Shown here in pieces: positions 18,430 through 27,176 of a stretch of DNA of 64,000 bases. The position numbers and the translations under genes are program-made. Origin of the DNA: an uncultured delta proteobacterium (GTDB lineage Bacteria; Desulfobacterota; Desulfobacteria; Desulfobacterales; JAHEIW01). Every line of letters starts with the position of its first letter. Positions within the stretch are counted from its first letter, which is position 1. The notes beneath the pieces are model-generated. The model was not told the origin of the DNA. It did no database searches and saw only the letters and a list, made by a program, of their open reading frames with translations. The DNA lies in NCBI GenBank assembly GCA_963706575.1, contig CAVPNL010000015.1, positions 96,001 through 160,000 on the forward strand. Reading direction: 5' to 3'.

Positions 18430-19816
18430 ATGGGAAAAATTTTTACCCGTTACGGTGACGGGACGCCCACTGAAATGAGCGAAAGTGAGCTCAGGGCGGA
18501 TCTGGAGGCCGGCACCGCGGACGCAGCGGATCGCGGCAAAATACCGCCGTTATCCGAAGATGAGCTAAACCATCTATTCGATATTTTTAGCTCCCCCTAT
18601 AAATTTATCAGCGTGGAGCCCGGGCAGGAAATCGTTTTGACCTATGATGGCGCTCACGTGAAAATGCGGCGCCACGGAATCAATGTCGAGCGAATTCAGG
18701 GCCTGCAGATTTATGAAAAGATCATGGGTGCCGACACATTGGAACTCTGTCATGTTGACTATAGTTTCAAACCCATCAAGCCCATGATTACCTTTGAACA
18801 GCCGGTCATGGAACAGGCCCTTTTGGTCACCCATGCACCGATGTTTTACGGCGCCATGCCCAATCTTGGCCTTTACTCCCAGCCGGACGGTCCCTTCCCA
18901 AATCCGTCCGAGCTGATGCCGGCCGGAAAAATCGAAGAGGCCCAGGAGTCCCATGAGAAATCCGTCGAAGCAGCGGTCAAAGATATCGTTTTTATCGGCT
19001 GCTGCATGATTGAATGCGGGGCCGACGGGATTAACATCGACTCGACGGGCGCGGCCGGCGATGCCGATTTTCTGGCGGCGCTGTTGGCCACCCAGCAGCT
19101 TGAAGGAAAAATACCCGGACACCTGCATTGAGATCGGTATGGCCGGTGAATTTATTCTGGGGATGCATGCCGGCTTGGAATTTGAAGGCACCCGGCTGGC
19201 CGGCCTTTACCCCCACGATCAGGTAAAGCTGGTCGAAAAAGCCGGTGGAACGATCTATGGCCCGGTGGTCAACACCAATACCACCCAGTCCACCCCCTGG
19301 AATGTCGCCCGGGTGGTTACGTTCACCAAGGCGGTTGGCGAAGTCGCCAAAATCCCCATTCATGCCAATATGGGCATGGGTGTCGGTGCCGTCCCCACCT
19401 GCGATCATCCCCCCATCGATACCGTCTCCAGGGCTTCCAAGGCCATGGTCGAAATTTGCCGATTGGACGGGTTGTAGGTGGGCGTCGGCGATCCCTTCGC
19501 CATGGCGCTTGCTCACGCACACGCTTCGGGCATGGGCGGAATGCGGACCTCCGGAGATCTGGTCGCCCGCATGCAAATGACCCGCGGCATGAAAATTCAA
19601 GAAGCCAAAGAGTATGTCGCCAATAAACTAAATTTATCGATTCCCGAAATAACCGACCCGGTCATTATGACCGAGGTCAGACAGGACCTGAAGCTGGGTT
19701 GCATGTCGCCCCAGGCCGGTGATGCTCACGGAATCGAGGCCAAGTTCCGAATTGCCGAGGTTCTGGGTATCGAGATCAATTGTGTCAACAAATTTAAAAA
19801 CAAAGTTGCGTTTTAA
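18430..19816 (+). CDS. mtbB: Dimethylamine:corrinoid methyltransferase (MtbB family), pyrrolysine at TAG 19475-19477; +1 frameshift at ~19100
   Basis: TRYGDG, DYSFKPIKP, YGAMPNLGLY, IDSTGAAGDADF, EIGMAGEFILGMH, HANMGMGVG, and LDGL-TAG-VGVGDP, matching the MtbB DGI-O-IGVGDP motif; continues RTSGDLVARMQ. Confidence 0.95.
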
Positions 19817-19848
19817 TTATAAACCGCATCCTTAGAGGAGACAGGTTC

Positions 19849-20503
19849 ATGTTAGATGAAAAGATCATTGAAGAAGCAATGCAACTGATTATTCAACAGA
19901 ACAAGGAAGCGGCAGCCAAACTGGCCCAAAAGGTCATATCTGAAGGCGTCTCTCCCATTGAATTATTGAACGAAGGATTTATTCCCGGGATCAATAAGGT
20001 TGGCGATTTGTTCGGGCGCGGCGAGCTGTTTCTGCCGGAATTGATTAAAGCGGCCGATACCATGAAAACGGTTACCGATATCGTCAACGAAGCGATCGCA
20101 GATGGCCCGGACAAACCGGAGGCCCAGGCGAAGGTTGTTATCGCCACGGTCAAAGGTGATGTTCACGATATCGGCAAAGCGATCGTGGTCTCATTGATGC
20201 GAGCCAACGGATTTACCGTTTATGATCTGGGGCGCGATGTCGAAACGGATAAGATCATCGAAGAAGCGCAAAAAGGTGGATGCAGACATCATCGGCACCA
20301 GCGCCCTGCTGACGACCACCATGCCCAAGCAGAAAGAGCTTGAAGAAGCGCTCAAAAGCGCCGGCTTGAGGGATCGTTTTAAAACGGTGGTCGGCGGTGC
20401 CCCGGTGACCCCTCGCTGGGCGGCCCGGATCGGTGCCGATGCCTATGCCGAAGATGCTCAGGACGGTGTTTTGAAAGTAAAAGAGCTCCTCGCACAGTCG
20501 TAG
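19849..20503 (+). CDS. mtbC: Cognate corrinoid protein (MtbC-like); +1 frameshift at ~20270-20277
   Basis: LFLPELI, TVKGDVHDIGK (B12 His), DLGRDV, then GTSALLTTTM and VGGAPVT in the shifted frame. Confidence 0.9.
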
Positions 20504-20594
20504 GCGGCTACCGACTTTAAATCCTTGTTGACATTTATCGGATTCCATTGTCGGCGTGCCCATTACTGATGCGCCGACAATGACAGGGGGAAAC

Positions 20595-22361
20595 ATGCAC
20601 GGATTTTACAACCGAATATTAAAAATCGATTTAAGTCAGAAGAATTTTTCAATCGAAGCCCTCGGCGATGAAATCCCGCAAAGCCTGCTGGGCGGCAAAG
20701 GATTGTGTTCGCATCTTTTATTCAATCTCAATCCTCCGGGAGTCGATCCATTATCCCCGGAAAACTGTTTGATATTTGCCACCGGACCCAGCGCGGGAAG
20801 CACCATCTGGGGGTCGTGCCGCTACGGGGTGTTTACCAAGTCGCCCCAGACCGGGTTTTATTCGGAATCTTATTCCGGTGGAACGGTACCAGAGGCCATC
20901 GACAGCACCGGCTTTGATGCCATTGTCATTCAGGGAAAATGTGCCGACCGCACCGTCCTGGCGATTCACCCGGATGGTGTTGATTTCCATGATGCCGGCG
21001 ATATCTGGGGAATGGAAACATACGCCGCCGAAGATGCCGTAATGGAACGTTTCGGCAAATCCGATGATCGTTATCGGCGAAAAGGCGCGGTGGTGATCGG
21101 ACCCGCCGGTGAAAAGCTGGTCTGCTTTGCAGTGATTGAAAACAACTATTGGCGTTCGGCGGGAAGAACCGGCGTCGGCACGGTCATGGGCGCCAAACAG
21201 ATCAAAGGCATTTTGTTTCAGGGCGATCAGAAACGCTCGCTTTATGATGAAAAAGCGGTGCGCGAATTTTCAAAGAATCTGTCGGCAGAAGCCAAAGACA
21301 GCCCGGCCACCAATGCCTATAAATCGCTGGGAACGCCTATGATGGTTAAACTGATAAACACCGCCGGTGCGTTTCCGACGCGTTACTGGTCGGAAGGCGT
21401 ATATCAAGATTGGGAAAAGATCAGCGCCGATGCCTTGAATGAAAGATGCGACGTCAAGCCGCATGCCTGTCTCAAGTGTTTTATGGCCTGCGGGCGCATG
21501 AGCACCATCAAGGAGGGTCGTCATAGCGGTCTTAAGATCGAGGGCCCGGAGTATGAAACCATTTATGCCTTCGGGGGACTGTGCCTGATCGACAGCATCG
21601 AGGAAATCGCATATCTCAATGATGTTTGCGATCGCTTAGGCGTCGATACGATCACGGCCGGCAATTTATGTGCCTTTACGATTGAAGCCGCCCGGCAGGG
21701 CCGCATCGATTATAAAATCGATTACGGAGAGGTGGACTCCATTGCGGAATTACTTCATAAAATCGCCTTTAGAGAAGACATTGGTGATATACTGGCCGGC
21801 GGAATCAAGCAGGCGGCGAAACAATGGCAACTGGAAGACATAGCGGTTCACGTCAAGGGTCTGGAGCCGGCGGGATATGATCCGCGCGCGCTCAAAGGAA
21901 TGGGTCTCAGCTACGCCACCTCGGATCGCGGCGCGTGTCATTTAAGAGCGACGTTTTATAAACCGGAAATCAGTGGTATGATCCCGCCGGAGCAAATTGA
22001 AGGCAAAGCCGAGCTTTTTTTGGACTTTGAGGATCGCTTAACCCTTTTCGATACGATGATTCTTTGCCGGTTTTATCGTGACTTTTACGACTGGGATCAG
22101 CTGGCAAAGATGATTTACGCGGTGACCGGCATCGATGAAGGCAAAGAAGGGCTGCAGCAAAGGGCCCGACAAATTGCCGACCTCATCCGGCGTTTCAACT
22201 TGCGGGAAGGATTAAAGCCCGAAGATGACCGGCTGCCGAAGGTCTTTCACCGCAAACTGGAAAATTCCGGGCAGGTCATTACGGAAGAAGAGCTCGAAAC
22301 CATGCTGCAGGATTATTACCGGCTGCATGGCTGGGATCAAAACGGTATCCCTGCCAGCTGA
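20595..22361 (+). CDS. aor: Aldehyde ferredoxin oxidoreductase family 2
   Basis: GFYNRILKIDL, KSPQTG, SAGRTGVG, CLKCFMAC, EGPEYET, YDPR, DRGACH. Confidence 0.95.
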   Translation: MHGFYNRILKIDLSQKNFSIEALGDEIPQSLLGGKGLCSHLLFNLNPPGVDPLSPENCLIFATGPSAGSTIWGSCRYGVFTKSPQTGFYSESYSGGTVPEAIDSTGFDAIVIQGKCADRTVLAIHPDGVDFHDAGDIWGMETYAAEDAVMERFGKSDDRYRRKGAVVIGPAGEKLVCFAVIENNYWRSAGRTGVGTVMGAKQIKGILFQGDQKRSLYDEKAVREFSKNLSAEAKDSPATNAYKSLGTPMMVKLINTAGAFPTRYWSEGVYQDWEKISADALNERCDVKPHACLKCFMACGRMSTIKEGRHSGLKIEGPEYETIYAFGGLCLIDSIEEIAYLNDVCDRLGVDTITAGNLCAFTIEAARQGRIDYKIDYGEVDSIAELLHKIAFREDIGDILAGGIKQAAKQWQLEDIAVHVKGLEPAGYDPRALKGMGLSYATSDRGACHLRATFYKPEISGMIPPEQIEGKAELFLDFEDRLTLFDTMILCRFYRDFYDWDQLAKMIYAVTGIDEGKEGLQQRARQIADLIRRFNLREGLKPEDDRLPKVFHRKLENSGQVITEEELETMLQDYYRLHGWDQNGIPAS

Positions 22362-22431
22362 AATCATCGCAAGAATTAAAAACTGCTTCGGATCAATGAC
22401 CAATTGCAATGTCGTCACCATTTGATTCTGC

Positions 22432-22505
22432 GGGGGGTGGATCGCAATGTGATCGTGTGGACTCTAAATCCACATAGGCGGGTGCAACTCCCGTACTCCC
22501 CGCCA
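22432..22505 (+). tRNA. pylT: tRNA-Pyl (anticodon CUA, 22464-22466)
   Basis: GGGGGGT acceptor pairing with ACTCCCC-GCCA; D-stem GATC/GATC; 6-bp anticodon stem TGTGGA/TCCACA; loop CTCTAAA; 3-nt variable loop; T-loop lacking TTC; directly upstream of pylSc. Confidence 0.96.
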
Positions 22506-22557
22506 TTCAATTTTTATCAGGGTATAAATCCCTTATTCGGATCAAAAGAGGGTCTTG

Positions 22558-23400
22558 ATGGTTACATGGACAGAAACGCAACTGAGGCGCTTGCAGGAAC
22601 TGGATGTATCCGAGTCCGATTTGAATCAACACTTCGAAAATACTGATGACCGGGAAAACGCTTTTCAAGAGATCGAAAAAAAGCAAGCGCAAGAATTGCG
22701 CCAACGGCTGAAAACGTTTCGCGAAGTCGATTTCAGACCCGGACTGTGCAGGCTGGAAGCCAGATTGGCCGACACATTGATCAAACAGGGCTTCGTCCAG
22801 GTCACCACGCCGATCATGATGTCGAAAGGCCTGTTGCAAAAGATGTCTATCGATGCCAAACACCCGCTGAATTCACAGATATACTGGCTTGATAAGAATA
22901 AGTGTTTGCGCCCCATGCTGGCACCCCATCTGTATTATGTTCTGGTAGATTTGCTGCGCCTGTGGGACAAACCGGTCAAAATTTTTGAGGTCGGTCCCTG
23001 TTTTCGCAAGGAATCTCACGGTGCCCAGCATTCCAGTGAATTCACCATGCTCAATTTGGTCGAAATGGGGCTGCCCGCCGATCAACGCAAAGATAGGATA
23101 AAAGAGCTGGGGGCCCTGGTTTCAGAAGCAGCAGGCATTAGCGAATACCACTTTGAGAAGATAACCTCCGAAATTTATGGCGATACTATCGATATTGTGG
23201 CCGGAGAGGATCAGGTAGAGGTCGGTTCGGCTGCCATGGGTCCGCACCCGCTGGATCGTCCCTGGAAAATAACGGATACCTGGGTCGGAATCGGCTTTGG
23301 GCTTGAAAGGCTGCTGATGGTTGCACAAAACAGCAACAGTTTAGCAAAAATGGGCCGTAGCCTCACCTATTTAGACGGCATCCGGTTAAATATTCAATGA
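22558..23400 (+). CDS. pylSc: Pyrrolysyl-tRNA synthetase catalytic domain
   Basis: WTETQLRRL, GFVQVTTP, CLRPMLAPHLY, FEVGPCFRKESHG, EFTMLNLVEMG, YGDTIDI, GIGFGLERLL. Confidence 0.97.
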   Translation: MVTWTETQLRRLQELDVSESDLNQHFENTDDRENAFQEIEKKQAQELRQRLKTFREVDFRPGLCRLEARLADTLIKQGFVQVTTPIMMSKGLLQKMSIDAKHPLNSQIYWLDKNKCLRPMLAPHLYYVLVDLLRLWDKPVKIFEVGPCFRKESHGAQHSSEFTMLNLVEMGLPADQRKDRIKELGALVSEAAGISEYHFEKITSEIYGDTIDIVAGEDQVEVGSAAMGPHPLDRPWKITDTWVGIGFGLERLLMVAQNSNSLAKMGRSLTYLDGIRLNIQ

Positions 23401-24524
23401 GACCTAAAGTGAACGTTAAGAACAACGGGCAACATTTTGAAGCCCTCCTCGTTAAATTAAAAGCGGAAGAAAATCTTTCAAAAGCCGAGATCAGGTTTCT
23501 GCTCAACCTTGACGATGGCGATAAGATCGATGCGCTTTTTCAAGAAGCCCGTGACAGACGCCAAAAGTATTTCGGCAACAAAGTCTTCATGTATGGATTC
23601 ATTTACGCCAGCACCTATTGCCGCAATGATTGCAGCTTTTGTCTTTTTCGCCGGTCGAATTCGCAAACGAAACGATACCGGAAATCAAAACAGGAAATTG
23701 TTGCAGCCGCCTTACGCCTGGCGGATTCCGGCGTTCATTTGATCGACCTGACCATGGGTGAAGATCCCGCCATTTTAAACGGCGGTGGGGCCGGTTTTGA
23801 ACAACTGGTTGATCTGGTCAGCACATTGCAAAAAGAGACGGGTCTTCCGATAATGGTTTCTCCTGGGGTGGTCCCCACACATGCCTTGCAACAATTGGCC
23901 GCAGCAGGTGCGGTCTGGTATGCCTGTTACCAGGAAACCCACAGCAATTCACTGTTTAACAAACTGCGGCCCGGCCAGGACTATCACAACCGCATGCAGA
24001 GCAAAGTTGACGCACACCATCTCGGTTTACTGGTCGAGGAAGGGCTGCTCTGCGGGGTCGGTGAAACCACAGATCATATAGCCCGATCGATCGACGCCAT
24101 GAAAAAATTGAGAGCGGATCAGGTGCGGGTGATGAACTTTGTGCCGCAGCCGGGTACGCCGATGGCAGGACAAGCGCCGCCGGATCCGCTGAGAGAGACA
24201 TTGATTGCTGCCGTCATGCGCCTCGTTTTTCCAGATAAGCTGATTCCGGCTTCATTGGACGTGGAAGGGATTGCCGGGTTAAAGCGCCGTTTGAATTCAG
24301 GTACAAATGTGGTCACATCCATCGTGCCCCCCGGTGAAGGTCTGGTTGGGGTGGCCCAGCATTCGTTGAATATTGAAGAAGGCGGACGTACAGCGGCGTC
24401 TGTGAAAAACGTGCTGAAGCGCCTCGGGCTGGAACCGGCCACCCGCCAAGAATACCAGAACTGGGTCCGTCGCCGCCAACAGGCCATCGCCAACAGCAGA
24501 AACAGCAGGGAGGTCGCGTGTTAG
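23397..24524 (+). CDS. pylB: Methylornithine synthase (radical SAM)
   Basis: CRNDCSFC, SGVHLIDLTMGED, WYACYQETH, QVRVMNFVPQPGTP, IPASLDVEG. Confidence 0.96.
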   Translation: MRPKVNVKNNGQHFEALLVKLKAEENLSKAEIRFLLNLDDGDKIDALFQEARDRRQKYFGNKVFMYGFIYASTYCRNDCSFCLFRRSNSQTKRYRKSKQEIVAAALRLADSGVHLIDLTMGEDPAILNGGGAGFEQLVDLVSTLQKETGLPIMVSPGVVPTHALQQLAAAGAVWYACYQETHSNSLFNKLRPGQDYHNRMQSKVDAHHLGLLVEEGLLCGVGETTDHIARSIDAMKKLRADQVRVMNFVPQPGTPMAGQAPPDPLRETLIAAVMRLVFPDKLIPASLDVEGIAGLKRRLNSGTNVVTSIVPPGEGLVGVAQHSLNIEEGGRTAASVKNVLKRLGLEPATRQEYQNWVRRRQQAIANSRNSREVAC

Positions 24525-25675
24525 TCGCCGTTGCCGGCGGAAATCTTCAGGGCGTAGAAACGGCGTACCTATCGCAAAAGGCGGGCTGGGACGTTCTCGT
24601 AATGGATCGCAAACCGATGGTACCGGCAACGGGGCTATGCGATACTTTTGTTCAGCTGGATATGACCTCAGAAAAAGATTTAGCGCAGGCCCTAAGTGGT
24701 GTTGATTTGGTCATTCCCGCGCTGGAGAACGATGCTGCCCTGGCCTGTTTAGGCCGGGTGACCCGCAACAATGGGATTCCATTTGCTTTTGATCCTGCCG
24801 CTTTTGCCATATCCTCCTCCAAAATACAATCTGAGCAGCTCTTTAAGCAAACCGGTGTCCCGACTCCCGCCCGTTGGCCAAAATGCAAATTCCCGGTCGT
24901 CGCCAAACCTGACCGGGGAAGCGGCAGCCAGGGCGTAACGGTATTTAATAATATTACCGATCTGCAGAACACCCTAAAACCACCAAACCCGCAATGGCTG
25001 ATACAGGAATTTATCCACGGGCCATCGTATTCTTTAGAAGTCATCGGATCGCCGGGTCACTATACCGTGCCCCAGGTCACCGATTTAGCAATCGATGCGC
25101 AATACGACTGCAAGCGTGTGACCGCACCATCAAGCCTGGCGGGTGAGCTGATCTTAAAATTTGAAGCGCTCTCGCTGGCGCTGGCGGATGCCTTAAACCT
25201 GAACGGCATAATGGATGTGGAAGTCATTTTGTCTGAAGATGAACTAAAGGTGATTGAAATTGATGCGCGCTTACCCAGCCAAACACCGACAACGGTTTAC
25301 TGGTCGACGGGTTTGAATATGGTCCAGTTATTGGGAGACTTTTTTTTAAACCGACAGACTCGCATTCAGCCGAATTCGACTAATGAATATGGCGTGATCT
25401 ATGAACACGTGAGGGTGGCATCAAATCATCTTGAAATTGCCGGCGAACACATCATGTCCGGAACGGATGCCCTTCACGTATACCCGGATTTTTTTGGCGC
25501 AGACGAGGCCATAACGAATTATGCTACGGGCCGCGACGATTGGGTCGCCACATTGATTGTTGTTGAAAAAAATGTGGAAGCCGCCTGGGACAAACGCAAT
25601 CAAATCATTGCGGATATTAAAAAAAGGTTTAAGCTGGAAATTTATCTGGATTCAGTCACGCAAGAAAAAACTTAG
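24518..25675 (+). CDS. pylC: 3-methylornithine--L-lysine ligase (ATP-grasp)
   Basis: GGNLQGVE, GPSYSLEVIG, YDCKRV, EIDARLPSQTPT, GEHIM. Confidence 0.96.
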   Translation: MLVAVAGGNLQGVETAYLSQKAGWDVLVMDRKPMVPATGLCDTFVQLDMTSEKDLAQALSGVDLVIPALENDAALACLGRVTRNNGIPFAFDPAAFAISSSKIQSEQLFKQTGVPTPARWPKCKFPVVAKPDRGSGSQGVTVFNNITDLQNTLKPPNPQWLIQEFIHGPSYSLEVIGSPGHYTVPQVTDLAIDAQYDCKRVTAPSSLAGELILKFEALSLALADALNLNGIMDVEVILSEDELKVIEIDARLPSQTPTTVYWSTGLNMVQLLGDFFLNRQTRIQPNSTNEYGVIYEHVRVASNHLEIAGEHIMSGTDALHVYPDFFGADEAITNYATGRDDWVATLIVVEKNVEAAWDKRNQIIADIKKRFKLEIYLDSVTQEKT

Positions 25676-25685
25676 GAGACCACCT

Positions 25686-26537
25686 GTGACCCGACTGATA
25701 AGCGCTGACATCAGCGATATCGCCGCCAATTTGCAAAATTATGACAGGGAATTGGTGGCCAGAACGGGTTATTCCCTGAGCGGTATTGCCTGTCGTGCCG
25801 CTGAAATCGATGAAGCGCAGATCAAGAATTTACTGCCCGAAATTCGGGTGGGAGTCATACCGATCTCCAGCGGCGAAGGGATCATCGGCGGTTTCGGCGA
25901 TGCCGTTTTGAACATTCTTTTCCACATGGGTGCTAACGCCTTTGTAACCCGGACGACGGATGTCGCCGGAATTGTCGAATCCTATGAGAAAAAAGCAGAT
26001 ATGATAATGCTGGCCGATGATGAGCGCTTTGTGGCATTGCATATTCGAAGTCGCTCAATCGCTGACAATGCGGTTTGCACCGGCAACGCCTTTGCAACCG
26101 GATTGCGATTGATGGCCGGCAGCCTGAAAGGGCAAAAGGTGCTGGTCATCGGCTGTGGTCGGGTGGGGCGCAGCGTAACGGAGGCTTTGATCCTTATGGG
26201 TGCCCGGGTTTCAGTTTACGATGTTAAGATTGAACCGTTAAAGGAATGGGTCAAAACGGTAGATCAAACAGCTGATTCGAAGATTCAGATAGTCCAAAAA
26301 TTGGACTCCGCCTTGCAGCGTCACCAATTTATCATCGATGCTTCGCCGGCCCGCAACATTATCCATGCGCATCATATTACACCGGATACATATGTTAGCG
26401 CGCCCGGGGTTCCGTGCGGATTGGACGCCGAAGCAAAAGAGAGATTATCCAGTCGATTTTTGCACGATCCGCTTCAGCTAGGCGTCGCAACGATGCTGGT
26501 CAGTGCGGCCAAAGGCCACTGCGAGCGGCAACAATAA
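25686..26537 (+). CDS. pylD: Pyrrolysine synthase (3-methylornithyl-N6-L-lysine dehydrogenase)
   Basis: TRL N-terminus, VIPISSGEGIIGGF, TDVAGI, ADDERFVA, GCGRVG, LHDPLQLGVATM; RBS aggag. Confidence 0.95.
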   Translation: MTRLISADISDIAANLQNYDRELVARTGYSLSGIACRAAEIDEAQIKNLLPEIRVGVIPISSGEGIIGGFGDAVLNILFHMGANAFVTRTTDVAGIVESYEKKADMIMLADDERFVALHIRSRSIADNAVCTGNAFATGLRLMAGSLKGQKVLVIGCGRVGRSVTEALILMGARVSVYDVKIEPLKEWVKTVDQTADSKIQIVQKLDSALQRHQFIIDASPARNIIHAHHITPDTYVSAPGVPCGLDAEAKERLSSRFLHDPLQLGVATMLVSAAKGHCERQQ

Positions 26538-26560
26538 CAAAGAGATTCTCATCTATTTTT

Positions 26561-26923
26561 ATGCAAAATTCAGGTAAAAAAGCCGCGAAACGATTCTATC
26601 GCAAGCGCGTCGATCTTTTTCGGCTCATTGATAAAATAAAATTGTGGCCGTCGCGCAAAGGTATTTTGCATGGCATCCGGACCATTCAAAAGATAGGGGA
26701 CCAGGCCCAGATTACCACGCATTGTAACAAAACATTTCTGGCAAACGATTCCCGCAACAGCCGGGCCGCTCGCTGGTTAAGAAATAAATGGTTTAAGGAT
26801 GTCTGCCCGATCTGCCGGATTCCGGATTGGAAGCTGGAAAAATATTCATCAACCCAGTTCAAGCGCCATTACGGATCGGCTCTGCTGTCGGAGGATGAGT
26901 TGGATAAAAAAAACGGCGATTAA
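26561..26923 (+). CDS. pylSn: Pyrrolysyl-tRNA synthetase N-terminal (tRNA-binding) domain
   Basis: KIKLWPSRKGILHGIR, ITTHC, DSRNSRAARWLRNKW, CRIPDWKLEKYS. Confidence 0.96.
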   Translation: MQNSGKKAAKRFYRKRVDLFRLIDKIKLWPSRKGILHGIRTIQKIGDQAQITTHCNKTFLANDSRNSRAARWLRNKWFKDVCPICRIPDWKLEKYSSTQFKRHYGSALLSEDELDKKNGD

Positions 26924-27176
26924 ATGGTCACAGTTTCAGAGGGCAAAGGTCAGATGGCAGATGATATGCATTGACCAAGATTCGATCTTTCATTTTTCAA
27001 ATATTGTTGACTGCAATTGAGGCTCACCTATGATTAATCGAAATAATCTGCAATTTTGAGGATTTTAACTATTTGGAATTAGCAAGGATATATGTAATAA
27101 ATTGCAGTTTTCTCTACATAGCAGCTATCCACAAAATTAGAAAATTGTAGATAGTGTTTGTTAATCTAATGACAGA

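Noticed and set aside
19478..19816. Separate 112-aa ORF, and the ORFs at 18430-19131 and 19010-19477
   Set aside because: Pieces of one mtbB gene split by a frameshift and the Pyl codon
22404..22646. 80-aa ORF
   Set aside because: Overlaps tRNA-Pyl and pylSc
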